Shown: positions 1 through 12,088, counted from the first letter of the stretch. The stretch: 64,000 nucleotides of DNA from an uncultured Prochlorococcus sp. (GCA_902628235.1 CACOMD010000003.1:2393-66392); one strand, 5' to 3'. Notes: a model not told the origin generated them from the letters alone. Numbers and translations are program-made.

Positions 1-1052
1 GGTGTATTTCTCTTAAATCGCATAGTGATAGATCTATCTTGCTCTCCAGTTGAGTCTATTGCTTTTATCTCATAATTCTGAGAACCATCCCGAAAAGGAA
101 CTTGAAGCCTAAATGTACCATCAGACGCTAATGGAACTTTTTCATCTCCAATTTTTAAAGTGGCAGATGGATCAGTTGCGCCATAAACAATAAGTTCTGC
201 ATCAGCAACTAACCAGAAGGATCTACTTGAAATACCTAAACCTGAATCATTCAATCCCGAAGACCATATCCCAACCCCTGAGTCATTTTGATACGGATTA
301 GAGTTTAATGATTTGTTACCTTCCATAAATTCTTCAGACCCAACTCTTGACCGCTTCGTGTAAGTAGTAGCAGCCTGATACAAACGCTCATGCAATCCAT
401 TAATCTCACTTTCATCTGAATTTGTTATTGCCAAATTAGTTTCTGATGATGATTCAAGATTAAAGGGAACAAATTTATCTAAAACTTGCTCAGATGGTTG
501 AGAGTTTGGAACATGACCAGCGGAGGAGAAAGCTAAAGACATCCAATTAAAACCATATCTATAACCCAACTCAACTTTATAATCCCTATCAGGAACTGGT
601 ATAGGTAAATACCATTCAGTACTATAACTATCAACTGCAATTTCTCTTAAAGTACCTTGATTAACATCTCCATCTTTAGCGCCTGTGACATCATAAAGTC
701 TTAAACATAATTTAATAGCTCCTAGAGATTTTGCTTTTTCTCTATCAGCTTCAGAAATCTGCCAAAAGACATATGCCCAATCAGGATCTCTTGGCAAAAA
801 TACTAAATTTGTTTTCTCATCTACATTATTTGGGGTTTCTGGTAATTTCTCATTAAGATTGCTTTTATCGTCTTTTACTTTAGAAATATTTTTAGATTTA
901 CTCTCTTTATTCTGATAAGTAACTATTAAATCTACCAATACAGCTTTTGTTTTACGACTATAAAGGGGAACAGATAATTTACTCGCCACTTGTCGTAATT
1001 GTCTGAGGGTTAGACTAAGCAATTCATCCTTACTTTTAATCCCATCAGCCAC
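1..1052 (-). CDS. DUF4912 domain protein with N-terminal Rho-N-like helix; 3' end runs off the window
   Basis: Not in the ORF track. Manual translation from GTG at 1052 (GGAG RBS at 1061-1064) gives ...LRQLRQVASKLSVPLYSRKTK...LVFLPRDPDWAYVFWQIS...FWLVADAELIVYGATDPSA, typical of the cyanobacterial DUF4912 family. Confidence 0.8.
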   Translation of the reverse strand, partial: MADGIKSKDELLSLTLRQLRQVASKLSVPLYSRKTKAVLVDLIVTYQNKESKSKNISKVKDDKSNLNEKLPETPNNVDEKTNLVFLPRDPDWAYVFWQISEADREKAKSLGAIKLCLRLYDVTGAKDGDVNQGTLREIAVDSYSTEWYLPIPVPDRDYKVELGYRYGFNWMSLAFSSAGHVPNSQPSEQVLDKFVPFNLESSSETNLAITNSDESEINGLHERLYQAATTYTKRSRVGSEEFMEGNKSLNSNPYQNDSGVGIWSSGLNDSGLGISSRSFWLVADAELIVYGATDPSATLKIGDEKVPLASDGTFRLQVPFRDGSQNYEIKAIDSTGEQDRSITMRFKRNT

Positions 1053-1318
1053 TTTAAAATCTCCGTTTTTGTTTGGGATCAGTATGTTCTTTTTTTTGCC
1101 AAACTGCGTGATATTTTTCATTGTCGTCAGGATCTACTGACTACTTTTTATTTTTACAAATTCGTCGATTCTTTATAAACCCTTGATATTACTCAAAATT
1201 TTAAGAATTTTAAAAATATGAAAAATCAAAGAAATTTTTTTGTTTTTTAAAAATTATTACCATAAAAAATCTACAAATCTCAATTATATTTTTTCTTCGG
1301 GATCGCTATTTAGCTGTA

Positions 1319-1696
1319 TCAATTTTCTAGAGAAGTCAAATTAATTAAATCATCTAAATTTAGATTTAAAACATCCTTTCCTATCTTTTTTGAATAATTC
1401 TTTAATTTTATTGCAGCTGAATTCATTTGCTCAAACAACAATACTGAAAAACTATCATCTTTTAATTTTTTTGCTTCATCTTCACACCATTTTTTCAAAA
1501 GAATTTCAGAGGGGAAATCCTTGTCAGCTTTTAATGAAATATCTCTAAAAACCTCTAAACAGTGTGATAGCAATTTGAGGTGTAATTTTTGTAATGTTGA
1601 TACATCTAATCTCTCAATTTGATATACGACTTCTTTTTTAACAGGACTCATAAAAGAATTGAATTGATCAGACATTAAATTTAGATTAAAGGGCAA
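1319..1696 (-). CDS. Conserved hypothetical protein
   Basis: 125-aa ORF divergent from sufB; true start is probably the internal ATG (MSDQF). Confidence 0.65.
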   Translation of the reverse strand: MPFNLNLMSDQFNSFMSPVKKEVVYQIERLDVSTLQKLHLKLLSHCLEVFRDISLKADKDFPSEILLKKWCEDEAKKLKDDSFSVLLFEQMNSAAIKLKNYSKKIGKDVLNLNLDDLINLTSLEN

Positions 1697-1770
1697 TAAA
1701 AAAAATCAATATTGGGATATCTTTAGTTAAAGTATATATGAGCCTAATAGAAATAAATCTTACTCAAACT

Positions 1771-3213
1771 ATGGTTAATGAAAATTTAGTTGATAATATT
1801 GTTTCTGAACCGTACAAATATGGTTTTGTAACAGAAATTGAAAGTGAAAAAATATCTAAAGGTATCAATGAAGATATAGTGCGTTTAATATCTTCCAAAA
1901 AAAACGAGCCTGAATATTTGTTGAATTTTAGATTAAATGCTTTCAAGAAATGGAAAGAATTACAAGAGCCTGATTGGGCAGATTTAGGTTATGACAAAAT
2001 TGATTATCAAGATATAATTTATTATTCTGCTCCCAAGCAAAAGGATAAAATTAAAAGTTTAGATGAAGTAGATCCCAAGTTATTAGAAACATTTGATAAA
2101 CTTGGTATTCCCTTAACAGAACAAAAAAGACTCACTAACGTAGCAGTTGATGCCGTTTTCGATAGTGTGTCAATAGCAACTACATTTAAAGAGCAACTTG
2201 CAGAGCATGGGGTAATATTTTGTTCTATAAGTGAAGCAATTAAAGATCATTCTGATTTAATAGAAAAATATCTAGGTTCAGTCATACCAGCCTCTGACAA
2301 TTATTTTGCAGCTTTAAATTCAGCAGTATTTAGTGATGGTTCATTTGTATATATTCCAAAAAATGTAACTTGTCCTATGGATTTATCATCTTACTTTAGA
2401 ATCAATAGCGGTGATTCAGGTCAATTCGAAAGAACTTTAATAATTGCTGAAGAAGGAAGTTCAGTGAGCTATCTAGAGGGTTGTACTGCTCCGATGTTTG
2501 ACACTAATACCTTACATGCTGCAGTTGTTGAATTAATAGCTTTAGACGATGCATCTATAAAATACTCAACCGTACAAAATTGGTATGCCGGCAACGAGCA
2601 AGGAGTTGGAGGGATCTTTAATTTTGTTACAAAAAGAGGCAAATGTATCGGTAAAAGAAGCAAAATAAGTTGGTCACAAGTTGAAACAGGTTCTGCCATC
2701 ACTTGGAAATATCCAAGCTGCATCTTAATTGGGGAAGAATCAATAGGTGAATTCTATTCTGTAGCACTTACAAACAATCTTCAACAAGCAGATACAGGAA
2801 CAAAAATGATTCATATAGGTCCAAAGACTAAATCAACCATTGTCAGCAAAGGTATTAGTGCGGGTCACTCTTCAAATAGTTATAGAGGCTTAGTAAAAAT
2901 TGGATCACAAGCTAAAGGAGCAAGAAATTATAGTCAATGTGATTCTATGCTTATAGGAGATAAAGCAGCAGCGAATACATTCCCTTATATTCAATCTCAA
3001 CAGCCAAATTCTGAAGTTGAACATGAAGCGAGCACGTGTAGAATCTCAGAAGATCAACTTTTTTATTTACAAAGCAGAGGTATAGAATTTGAAGAAGCAG
3101 TTTCTATGATGGTTAGTGGTTTTTGTCGAGATGTCTTTAATCAATTACCTATGGAATTTGCTGCAGAAGCCGACAAATTACTCTCTTTAAAACTAGAAGG
3201 GTCAGTTGGTTAA
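1771..3213 (+). CDS. sufB: Fe-S cluster assembly protein SufB
   Basis: [32 protein letters not shown] motifs; first gene of the suf operon. ORF is open from 1738; start placed at ATG 1771. Confidence 0.97.
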   Translation: MVNENLVDNIVSEPYKYGFVTEIESEKISKGINEDIVRLISSKKNEPEYLLNFRLNAFKKWKELQEPDWADLGYDKIDYQDIIYYSAPKQKDKIKSLDEVDPKLLETFDKLGIPLTEQKRLTNVAVDAVFDSVSIATTFKEQLAEHGVIFCSISEAIKDHSDLIEKYLGSVIPASDNYFAALNSAVFSDGSFVYIPKNVTCPMDLSSYFRINSGDSGQFERTLIIAEEGSSVSYLEGCTAPMFDTNTLHAAVVELIALDDASIKYSTVQNWYAGNEQGVGGIFNFVTKRGKCIGKRSKISWSQVETGSAITWKYPSCILIGEESIGEFYSVALTNNLQQADTGTKMIHIGPKTKSTIVSKGISAGHSSNSYRGLVKIGSQAKGARNYSQCDSMLIGDKAAANTFPYIQSQQPNSEVEHEASTCRISEDQLFYLQSRGIEFEEAVSMMVSGFCRDVFNQLPMEFAAEADKLLSLKLEGSVG

Positions 3214-3238
3214 CCCATCTCTATCTAAGCCAAATTTA

Positions 3239-4024
3239 ATGGAAAGCAAAAAAGAAATCAAACAACCGCTTTTAAAGATAAGTGATCTTTTTGCATCCAC
3301 CGATGACTTAACAATTTTAAAAGGTGTAAATATAAAAATCAATTCAGGAGAAATTCATGCCATAATGGGTAGGAACGGATGTGGGAAAAGCACCCTCTCT
3401 AAAATAATTGCTGGCCATCCATCATACAAGATAACAAGCGGTAAAATTGAACTCTGTGTTAACGATATTGAACCTTTAGAACCAGAAGAAAGGGCGCAAT
3501 CTGGAATATTTTTAGGTTTCCAATATCCCATAGAGATTCCAGGGGTAAGTAATTTAGAATTTCTTCGTGTAGCAACAAATGCTAGAAGAAAATTCCAAAA
3601 AAAAGATGAATTAGATACATTTGAATTTGAGGATTTAGTAAAAGAAAAACTAGATATTGTCAAAATGGATTCAGCATTTTTATCCAGAAGTATTAATCAA
3701 GGTTTTTCTGGAGGAGAGAAAAAAAGAAATGAAATTTTACAAATGGCTTTGTTAGAACCAAAAATTGCAATATTAGATGAAACTGACTCAGGTCTAGATA
3801 TTGATGCTTTAAGAATTGTTGCCTCTGGAATCAAAAAAATAGCTAATGAAAATTCCGGCATAATTCTAATTACACATTATCAAAGGCTACTAGATGAAAT
3901 AAAACCAGATTATGTTCATGTAATGGCTGACGGTAAGATTATTAAAACTGGTGATAGTAATCTTGCTTTAGAACTTGAAAAAAATGGATATGACTGGACT
4001 GATGAATTCATTAATAAAAATTAA
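3239..4024 (+). CDS. sufC: Fe-S cluster assembly ATPase SufC
   Basis: Walker [20 protein letters not shown] signature, LDETDSGLD. Confidence 0.97.
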   Translation: MESKKEIKQPLLKISDLFASTDDLTILKGVNIKINSGEIHAIMGRNGCGKSTLSKIIAGHPSYKITSGKIELCVNDIEPLEPEERAQSGIFLGFQYPIEIPGVSNLEFLRVATNARRKFQKKDELDTFEFEDLVKEKLDIVKMDSAFLSRSINQGFSGGEKKRNEILQMALLEPKIAILDETDSGLDIDALRIVASGIKKIANENSGIILITHYQRLLDEIKPDYVHVMADGKIIKTGDSNLALELEKNGYDWTDEFINKN

Positions 4025-4029
4025 TTGTA

Positions 4030-5253
4030 ATGAATATTCTTGAGAAGATTACTAAAAGTGATGAAAATAATTCTGATAGCAAATCTAACATTCAAAAAAT
4101 AAGTTTAGAAAGGTTAAGAGCAAATCCTATCCCAAATAGTAAAAATGAAATTTGGAGACAAACCAATAAATCCAAATTCTCTCGTTTTTTAGATTTTAAA
4201 TTTAGTAATGAATTTTATTATCCTCCCATTCCTGGCCATGCAAATATTGAAAATACTTGCAGAATTATTATTGGAGAAAACAGAGCTATCAATCTTAAAG
4301 AAAAAAATTGGGCAATTAAAGAATTAGAAGAACAAGAAATTCTAAATTTTTTAAAACAAAAAATCATTCAATCTGATAGCACTCAAAATTGGAGCAATTT
4401 ACTAAATCATTTTTTGACAGATAAAAAAAATATTGTTGGCTTAAATATTTCAGGAACAGCAATTCCTCATTTAGAGATAATTTGTAATTCCGCCAATAAT
4501 GTTTTGAATTCTAAAACACTAGTCATAAATATCGAAGAAGGAACAACAGTTAGTATTTCACAAATAAACATAGGAGATGAAAATTCTGCATTATCAATTT
4601 CTTCTTATTTTAATATTGAAGAAGATTCAGTGGTTAATCATGGAATTATATCTTTTGGTAAAGATAAATCCCATATTATTAATTCATTAAATGTAAGGCA
4701 GTTTAAAAATAGCGAATACAATCTTGGATCATTACAGTTTGAATATGACTTTGGCAGGTTAGAAATCAATATTAATCAAGTTGAAGGTAACGCAAGAACA
4801 AATGTCAAAGGTATTCAAATAACGAAAAATAATGAGCAAATTTCTACCTATGCCAATATTGCATTTAATGGGCCAAATGGATTTTTAGACCAATTAAACA
4901 AATCTTTAGCAAATGATAAGTCACATTCAGTTTTTGAAGGATTAATAATCGTACCTCAAATTGCCCAAAAGACTGATGCGTCTCAATTAAGTAGAAATTT
5001 ACTCTTATCAAATTTTGCAAAAATAGATACTAAGCCTCAATTAGAAATAGTTGCAGACGATGTAAAGTGTATGCACGGTGCAACTATTTCACAACTAAAT
5101 GAAGATGAGGTGTTTTATATGAGATCTAGGGGTCTCACACTTGAAGAAGCGAGTAAACTACAATTAAGATCTTATTATCAAGAAATTATTTCTTTTTTAC
5201 CTATATCAAAGGAAAGATGGGATCTTTTGGCACTATTATTAAAGGATAAATAA
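4030..5253 (+). CDS. sufD: Fe-S cluster assembly protein SufD
   Basis: IDTKPQLEIVADDVKCMHGAT and FYMRSRG; position in the operon. Confidence 0.93.
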   Translation: MNILEKITKSDENNSDSKSNIQKISLERLRANPIPNSKNEIWRQTNKSKFSRFLDFKFSNEFYYPPIPGHANIENTCRIIIGENRAINLKEKNWAIKELEEQEILNFLKQKIIQSDSTQNWSNLLNHFLTDKKNIVGLNISGTAIPHLEIICNSANNVLNSKTLVINIEEGTTVSISQINIGDENSALSISSYFNIEEDSVVNHGIISFGKDKSHIINSLNVRQFKNSEYNLGSLQFEYDFGRLEININQVEGNARTNVKGIQITKNNEQISTYANIAFNGPNGFLDQLNKSLANDKSHSVFEGLIIVPQIAQKTDASQLSRNLLLSNFAKIDTKPQLEIVADDVKCMHGATISQLNEDEVFYMRSRGLTLEEASKLQLRSYYQEIISFLPISKERWDLLALLLKDK

Positions 5254-6506
5254 TGAAAACCTTACAAAACTTAAAATTATTCGTTAGGGAAGATTTCCCA
5301 ATATTAGATAGAAATTTTAATGACAAAGAAAAATTAATATATCTTGACCATGCAGCTACTACTCAAAAACCAAAACAAGTTCTTAAGAAAATAACTGAAT
5401 ATTACTTAAATTCTAATGCTAATGTTCATAGAGGTGCACATCAGCTAAGTGCAAAAGCTACTGAAGAATTTGAGAATGCAAGATTATCAATAAAGAATTA
5501 TATTAACGCGTACTCAGAAAAAGAAATCATATTTACTAGAAATGCCACGGAAGCTATAAATATCGCTGCAAAATCTTGGGGAGAAAAAAACTTAAAAGAA
5601 AACGATGAGATTTTATTATCAATCATGGAACATCATAGTAATATAGTTCCTTGGCAGCTAGTTGCGGAAAGAAATAAGTGTAAAGTTAAATTCACAAAGA
5701 TTACCAAAGAAGGAACATTAGATATTGAAGATTTTAAAAATAAGCTAAATAAAAACACAAAAATTGTCAGTATTGTTCACATTAGTAATACTTTGGGATG
5801 CTGCAACCCAATTAAACATATTACACAACTTGCTAAAAAAAATGGTTCTCTAGTTTTAGTTGACGCTTGTCAAAGTTTAGCTCATACAGAAGTTGATATT
5901 CAAGATTTAGATATTGACTTTCTTGCTGGTTCAGGTCACAAATTATGTGGACCGACTGGAATAGGTTTCTTATGGTCACGGGAAGAAATACTCGATAAGA
6001 TGCCCCCTCTCTTTGGAGGTGGTGAGATGATAGAAGATGTTTCTGAAGAAAAGAGTACTTGGGCTGATCTTCCTCATAAATTTGAGGCTGGAACACCTGC
6101 TATAGCTGAAGCTATTGGGCTATCGGAAGCACTTAACTATATAAATAAATTAGGACTTAATAATATTCAAGAATATGAAAAAGAACTTACAGAGTATTTA
6201 TTTGAAAGACTACTTTCAATTAAAGATATAAATATTATTGGTCCAAGTCCAAATATAGATTCAAAAAGAGCCTCATTAGCATCATTTTTCATTAATAATA
6301 TCCATTCAAATGATATTGCAGAGATTTTAGATTCAAAAGCGATTTGCATAAGAAGTGGACATCACTGTTGTCAGCCTCTTCATAAATATTTAAATATCAA
6401 TGCTACTGCAAGAGTTAGCATGAACTTTACTACAACAAAAGAAGATATTGATATTTTCATTGAAAAACTTGAAGAGACAATAAGCTTTCTAAAAATTAAT
6501 TCTTAA
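5253..6506 (+). CDS. sufS: Cysteine desulfurase SufS
   Basis: YLDHAATTQKP, SGHKLCGPTG (PLP lysine), RSGHHC. Confidence 0.96.
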   Translation: MKTLQNLKLFVREDFPILDRNFNDKEKLIYLDHAATTQKPKQVLKKITEYYLNSNANVHRGAHQLSAKATEEFENARLSIKNYINAYSEKEIIFTRNATEAINIAAKSWGEKNLKENDEILLSIMEHHSNIVPWQLVAERNKCKVKFTKITKEGTLDIEDFKNKLNKNTKIVSIVHISNTLGCCNPIKHITQLAKKNGSLVLVDACQSLAHTEVDIQDLDIDFLAGSGHKLCGPTGIGFLWSREEILDKMPPLFGGGEMIEDVSEEKSTWADLPHKFEAGTPAIAEAIGLSEALNYINKLGLNNIQEYEKELTEYLFERLLSIKDINIIGPSPNIDSKRASLASFFINNIHSNDIAEILDSKAICIRSGHHCCQPLHKYLNINATARVSMNFTTTKEDIDIFIEKLEETISFLKINS

Positions 6507-8427
6507 GACTAAATACATATTGCAAAAATTTTTCAGTTCTCTCTAGGACCTTTATTTTGTTATGAATATTTCTGAAACCATGACCTTCTTCATCGAAAAG
6601 AATAATTTCAGAATAGACATTTCTTTCTAAAAGTTCTTTACTAAAATTGATGGATTCCCTAAAGTTAATGACAGAATCATTTTTTCCATGAAAAATAAGT
6701 ATTGGTTTGTTAATTTTATCTAAATTATTATTAGGAGATCTTTCAAAATATTTTTTTTTATTATTATCGTAATCACCTACTAAAGAATTTAAGTAGTATC
6801 TTTCAAACCTATGAGTATTTAAACGCATATCATCCAAATTAATAACGGGATATTTACAGAATGCTGCCTTAAAGATATCAGTCTTATATAAAGCAGTTAA
6901 GGCAGTTAAGCCGCCCGCACTATTTCCTGATATTACAATTCTTGAAGGATCTATTAATCGTTCCTCCTCCAATGATCGAGCCAAGGCTATACAATCAGCT
7001 GAATCTGCTACCCCCCAGAGATTATTTAAACGTTCTCTATATTGCCTCCCAAAACCTGAAGACCCTCCGTAATTGACTTCTGCGATTAACCAACCTCTAG
7101 AAGTCCAATATTGGACTTCTAGGTTCAATGAACCATCAAATGAAGAAGTAGGACCACTATGCGCCTTTACAATCAAAGGAGGTTTATTTTTATTTGTTGA
7201 ATTTGGCTTATAAATCCATGCATGTGTCATTTTATTCCCATAACCCTTAAACCAATATGATTCTGCTTTTGAGGATGCATTTATGATTTTTGAATTGTAA
7301 ATGTTAGAAAAAGAAGATGTTGAAAAATTATCGATATTTATTTCAATTAATTTTTCATGAGAAATATCATTTGAAGCCAAGCAAATTAATCTATTTGAAT
7401 TCACATATAGATCTCTCAAGCAATTAAAAGGTAAATTAATCTTTTGATGAAAAGAACAATCTTGATAATGTTCTAATATCCAGGATTCTCTTTTTTTGGC
7501 TAAACAAAATAAGTTTTTCTTTGAACCAGCAAAAATTGAAATCCCAGAAATCCACTCAGGCAAACCATATTCGTAGAATACTTTTTGAATTTTTTTTAAA
7601 ATATGAATTTCCTCTATCTGATTAATCTTTAAAAACAATAAATTCCACCAACCTGAACTATCTTCTGAACAGATCAAAATATTTTTTGAAATCCATAATG
7701 GTTGAAAAAAAGATACTGGTTTATCAAAATTTATATTTTTATTTTTAAATTTTACAATTTTTTGTAATTGTCCAGCTGAATTAATACTCCCAAAAAAGAG
7801 ATTATTACTTTCCCAAGGCATTTTATTAGTATTCCATTCTAACCAAGAAAGCAAAGTTTTATCTTCATTACATCCAAGAGAACTAGCAAACCCCATAAAT
7901 TCTCTTAAAACTATTAATTCTTGTTTCTCCATTCTTAAATCTATAGAAAAAAGAAAATCTTTCTCATCTTTCTCACATAAACCAAATAACTTATTTTGAT
8001 TACTTATTACAAAACTAGAGTCATAATTACATTTACATGGCTTAGTTAATTGTTGTGAGGTTATCACAGTATTAAGATAATTAGCATTTTTAGCTCCTTT
8101 ATTATTAGCCTCAAAAACTTTATACCAAAGTGAATTTGTAATCTGATCAATCCAAATCAAGTAAAATTTATTGTTATGAAAAAAACATTTATAAGATTTC
8201 CCACCATATCCGTGAAAATTGCTTTTCACATAAAAACCATCACCAATTAAATTTTGAGCCTCTAAATCCTTTTGAAGAAAAGGTCTAACATAAATAGTAT
8301 TACTTGAATTCTTACCTGATGATATATTCCCTACCCAAAAAATAAAATTTTTAATTAAAGATAATTGTTGGTAAGACTTAAACTCAGGATAAACATCTTT
8401 AGTAGCTAGTTTTTTGTAATTATTCAT
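6496..8427 (-). CDS. S9 family (prolyl oligopeptidase-like) peptidase
   Basis: HSGPT, GNSAGG nucleophile elbow, FHGKND and EGHGF triad motifs. Confidence 0.88.
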   Translation of the reverse strand: MNNYKKLATKDVYPEFKSYQQLSLIKNFIFWVGNISSGKNSSNTIYVRPFLQKDLEAQNLIGDGFYVKSNFHGYGGKSYKCFFHNNKFYLIWIDQITNSLWYKVFEANNKGAKNANYLNTVITSQQLTKPCKCNYDSSFVISNQNKLFGLCEKDEKDFLFSIDLRMEKQELIVLREFMGFASSLGCNEDKTLLSWLEWNTNKMPWESNNLFFGSINSAGQLQKIVKFKNKNINFDKPVSFFQPLWISKNILICSEDSSGWWNLLFLKINQIEEIHILKKIQKVFYEYGLPEWISGISIFAGSKKNLFCLAKKRESWILEHYQDCSFHQKINLPFNCLRDLYVNSNRLICLASNDISHEKLIEINIDNFSTSSFSNIYNSKIINASSKAESYWFKGYGNKMTHAWIYKPNSTNKNKPPLIVKAHSGPTSSFDGSLNLEVQYWTSRGWLIAEVNYGGSSGFGRQYRERLNNLWGVADSADCIALARSLEEERLIDPSRIVISGNSAGGLTALTALYKTDIFKAAFCKYPVINLDDMRLNTHRFERYYLNSLVGDYDNNKKKYFERSPNNNLDKINKPILIFHGKNDSVINFRESINFSKELLERNVYSEIILFDEEGHGFRNIHNKIKVLERTEKFLQYVFSLKN

Positions 8428-8504
8428 TTATTCTATGACGTTAAGAATTCAAAAAATGTTACTATCTATATAGTCTAACTATTAATGAATCTCTTAATAA
8501 AATA

Positions 8505-9110
8505 GTGGCAAATCAATTCTCACAATTAGCAAGAAAATCAAGGAATAATGTTTCTAGTTCAAAAGTTAATAAAGAAGCAGTAGATAATCCTCCACTTGAA
8601 ATTTTTAAATTAGGTAGCGAAACTCTTAGAACAGAAGCTAAACGTATTAGCAAAGTGGATAATCAAATAAGAAATTTAGCAAAAGATATGCTTCAAAGCA
8701 TGTATTCGGCGAAAGGGATTGGTCTTGCAGGGCCACAGGTTGGAATAAGCAAGGAATTATTAGTAATAGATATAAATTTTGAGGATTCAGCGGCAGAACC
8801 ACTAATTCTAATCAATCCAGAAATAACAGCATTTGGATCCACGTTAAATACATACGAAGAAGGATGCTTAAGTATTCCAGGGGTTTATTTAAATGTAGTA
8901 AGACCATCAACAATAAAATTGAAATTCCGCGATGAAATGGGAAGACCCAGAAAAATGAACGCTGATGGGCTTTTAGCTAGATGTATTCAACATGAAGTTG
9001 ATCACCTTAAAGGTATACTTTTTGTGGACAGAGTAACCTCAAAAGAAGATCTTAAAAAGGAATTGTCAAAAGAGGGTTACAAAATAAAAGATGTTTTACC
9101 TCTGGATTAA
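8505..9110 (+). CDS. def: Peptide deformylase
   Basis: GIGLAGPQVG, EGCLS, QHEVDHL. Confidence 0.97.
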   Translation: MANQFSQLARKSRNNVSSSKVNKEAVDNPPLEIFKLGSETLRTEAKRISKVDNQIRNLAKDMLQSMYSAKGIGLAGPQVGISKELLVIDINFEDSAAEPLILINPEITAFGSTLNTYEEGCLSIPGVYLNVVRPSTIKLKFRDEMGRPRKMNADGLLARCIQHEVDHLKGILFVDRVTSKEDLKKELSKEGYKIKDVLPLD

Positions 9111-9130
9111 TTATTTTAAAGTTTGAACTT

Positions 9131-9472
9131 ATGACAAGCACCACTATTTTTCAAAAAATTATACAAGGAGAAGTACCCTGTGAAAAATTATACGAAGATG
9201 AATTATGTCTTGCTTTTAATGATATTTCTGCACAAGCTCCAATCCATTATTTAGTTATACCTAAAAAACCTATATCAAGCTTAAAAGATTGCGAAGAGAT
9301 TGATAAAAATCTATTGGGTCACCTTATTTTAGTTGGTCAGAAAATTGCTAGAGAAAAAAAAATTTCGAATTGGAGGACCGTTATTAACACTGGAGCTGAA
9401 TCAGGACAAACTGTGTTTCATCTGCATATACACTTTTTAAGCGGAAGGGCAATGTCATGGCCCCCAGGCTAA
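9131..9472 (+). CDS. HIT family nucleotide-binding protein
   Basis: HLHIHFL histidine triad; C-terminal WPPG. Confidence 0.95.
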   Translation: MTSTTIFQKIIQGEVPCEKLYEDELCLAFNDISAQAPIHYLVIPKKPISSLKDCEEIDKNLLGHLILVGQKIAREKKISNWRTVINTGAESGQTVFHLHIHFLSGRAMSWPPG

Positions 9473-9524
9473 ACTCTCAATAAAGTAAATTGTGAGCTAT
9501 AAATATATAAAAGATTATTTAAAT

Positions 9525-9791
9525 ATGAATACTCCTGACACCTATACATCTAAAAATAAAAATATAATTATTAAAAATTGGCAAAATCTGGATGAACCTC
9601 AAAAGCAAACCTTACTAAAAATCTGGAAAGTTTTAACTTACAAGTGGCAATTGCAAATATTATTTAATCTTCCTTTCCTTTTATGGTGGGCATTAGATCT
9701 AACCCTCGTAAATGTTCATGATTTTGATATAAAGTTAATCAGCTACTTAAATCTTCCAGATTGGGCTTTATCAATGATGGGATTAAGCTAA
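9525..9791 (+). CDS. Conserved hypothetical membrane protein
   Basis: ORF open from 9492 (GTG), likely ATG at 9525; hydrophobic segment after TYKWQ. Confidence 0.6.
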   Translation: MNTPDTYTSKNKNIIIKNWQNLDEPQKQTLLKIWKVLTYKWQLQILFNLPFLLWWALDLTLVNVHDFDIKLISYLNLPDWALSMMGLS

Positions 9792-9841
9792 ATTTTAAAA
9801 TAAATATATTACAAACTAGTAATGAACTAAGAAATTTATAA

Positions 9842-11824
9842 ATGACTTCATCCATAAAAAATAAAACTAAAATAATCTACCAAATCCAGAAATTACGTAG
9901 ACTGGCACAACCATTTTTTCTTCCTATAGATCAATGTACAGGATTTCAATTCATCTGGCTTCTTTTTTCGCTGCTATTTTGTGTCGGAGGGATTGTATTA
10001 GTAAGTTTAACTGGATTAATTAATATTTTTCAAAATGTTCAGCCACAACTTATAGAAAAATATTTTGGAGGAGTTGTTAATACAATTGATTCAATATGGT
10101 CAGGCTCATGGGGTGCCTTATTCTCAGGATTATTTCTTGTTGGCTCAGCAAGCTTTTTCAGTTTTAGGATACAACTAAAAAATAGAAAATGGTTACATTG
10201 GTTATTTTTAGGGATTATCGTAATAATGCTTCTGGCTGTAAATGGTATTAATGCAGGTATAGGATTTATAGCAAGAGATCTGACAAATGCTCTCGTTGAG
10301 AAACAGCAAGATGGCTTTTATCGAATACTTGGAATATATGCATGTTGTTTTGTAGTAGCAGTACCAATAAGAGTTTCACAAATATTTTTTACTTTTAAAT
10401 TGGGTTTAATTTGGAGGGAATGGCTTTCAAAAAGTTTAGTTAAAGACTACATGACTAACAAGGCTTATTACCAAATTAACCCTAATGATGAAGATCAAAC
10501 AGATGTTGATAATCCTGATCAAAGAATTACAGAAGATACAAGAGCTTTTACTTATCAGAGCCTAAACTTAACTGTTGGAGTATTTGATGCTCTACTTACA
10601 TTTTCATTAAATATCTTAATATTACTTACGATAAGTAAAACTCTTACTTTTTCTTTATTTGGTTATGCAGCCTTTGCAACCTCAATATTATTATTTGCTG
10701 GAAAGAATTTAGTAAAACTTGATTATGATCAGCTTAGATATGAAGCTGATTTTAGATACGGTCTTGTACACATTAGAGATAATGCGGAATCAATAGCTTT
10801 TTATTCAGGAGAACACCCAGAGAGAAGTGAAACAGAAAGAAGGCTTGGAGAAGTTGTACGTAATTTTAATTTAGTAATTATTTGGAGAGTAATAATTGAT
10901 GTAATGAGAAGATCGGTTAGCTATGCAGGTAATTTTTTCCCTTACTTAATAATGGCAATTCCATATTTTAGAGGAGAAATAGATTATGGTCGTTTCATTC
11001 AAGCTAGTTTTGCTTTTAATATGGTGGAAGGATCTTTGTTTTTTATAGTTAATCAAATAGAAGAACTAGCAAAATTTACTGCAGGTATCGGAAGATTAGA
11101 GGGATTCCAATCGAAGGTTGAATCTATAAGCCAGGAGAAACCATTAGAAAATACAAAAATTATCTCTAATTATTCCTCCATTCTAATTAAGAATGCTAAT
11201 CTTACACCTCCTGGATCTAATAAGTTGATAATAAAAGATCTTAGTCTAAGTATTAATAATAATGATTCATTATTAGTTGTGGGTCCTTCAGGATGCGGTA
11301 AAACTTCTTTATTAAGAATGATTAGTGGGTTATGGGAGCCTGAAAATGGATTAATTCAAAAGCCAAATACCGGAGATTTACTTTTTATTCCTCAAAAGCC
11401 TTATATGATATTGGGATCTTTAAGAGAACAATTATGCTATCCAACTCAGGTTGATAAATTTAGTGATGATCATTTAATTTCAGTGCTCAATGAAGTTAAT
11501 TTAAAATCATTATCTGACCGATATCCAAATCTAGATATAAAACAAGATTGGCCTCGAATACTGTCTTTAGGAGAACAACAAAGACTTGCATTCGCTAGAT
11601 TACTACTGAACTCCCCTCAGTTTGCTGTTTTAGATGAAGCAACCAGCGCCTTAGATATAGACACAGAAAAACATCTTTATAATCTGTTAAAGAAAAGAGA
11701 ATTATCAATCATAAGCGTTGGTCACAGGCCTACTTTAAAAGATTTTCATCAAAATATATTAGAATTAAATGGTAAAGGTAGTTGGAAATTGTTAACTGCT
11801 GAAAACTACAATTTTAATAGTTAA
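9842..11824 (+). CDS. Fused ABC transporter permease/ATPase (ABCD/YddA-like)
   Basis: DNPDQRI, EAA-like ESIAFYSG, GPSGCGKTS, LSLGEQQRLAFAR, LDEATSALD. Confidence 0.92.
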   Translation: MTSSIKNKTKIIYQIQKLRRLAQPFFLPIDQCTGFQFIWLLFSLLFCVGGIVLVSLTGLINIFQNVQPQLIEKYFGGVVNTIDSIWSGSWGALFSGLFLVGSASFFSFRIQLKNRKWLHWLFLGIIVIMLLAVNGINAGIGFIARDLTNALVEKQQDGFYRILGIYACCFVVAVPIRVSQIFFTFKLGLIWREWLSKSLVKDYMTNKAYYQINPNDEDQTDVDNPDQRITEDTRAFTYQSLNLTVGVFDALLTFSLNILILLTISKTLTFSLFGYAAFATSILLFAGKNLVKLDYDQLRYEADFRYGLVHIRDNAESIAFYSGEHPERSETERRLGEVVRNFNLVIIWRVIIDVMRRSVSYAGNFFPYLIMAIPYFRGEIDYGRFIQASFAFNMVEGSLFFIVNQIEELAKFTAGIGRLEGFQSKVESISQEKPLENTKIISNYSSILIKNANLTPPGSNKLIIKDLSLSINNNDSLLVVGPSGCGKTSLLRMISGLWEPENGLIQKPNTGDLLFIPQKPYMILGSLREQLCYPTQVDKFSDDHLISVLNEVNLKSLSDRYPNLDIKQDWPRILSLGEQQRLAFARLLLNSPQFAVLDEATSALDIDTEKHLYNLLKKRELSIISVGHRPTLKDFHQNILELNGKGSWKLLTAENYNFNS

Positions 11825-11833
11825 TTTAATATT

Positions 11834-12088
11834 ATGAATCCCAAAGAAGAGAGCAATTCAATTAATAAAGATAATTCAAATGACATCGACCAAATCAAAA
11901 ATGATAATTTAAATCTTGAAAATGAAAATGTTCAAAAATCTTTAGAAGAAAATAAGTATGTTTTCGGGTGGGGGCAATACTCAGAAATAACTAATGGTAG
12001 ATTTGCAATGATTGGATTTACAGCGATTATATTGATAGAAATAATTAGTAATAAATCCTTTCTTTCTTGGGCAGGAATCATCCATTAA
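11834..12088 (+). CDS. hli: High-light-inducible protein (HLIP)
   Basis: EITNGRFAMIGF chlorophyll-binding helix. Confidence 0.92.
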   Translation: MNPKEESNSINKDNSNDIDQIKNDNLNLENENVQKSLEENKYVFGWGQYSEITNGRFAMIGFTAIILIEIISNKSFLSWAGIIH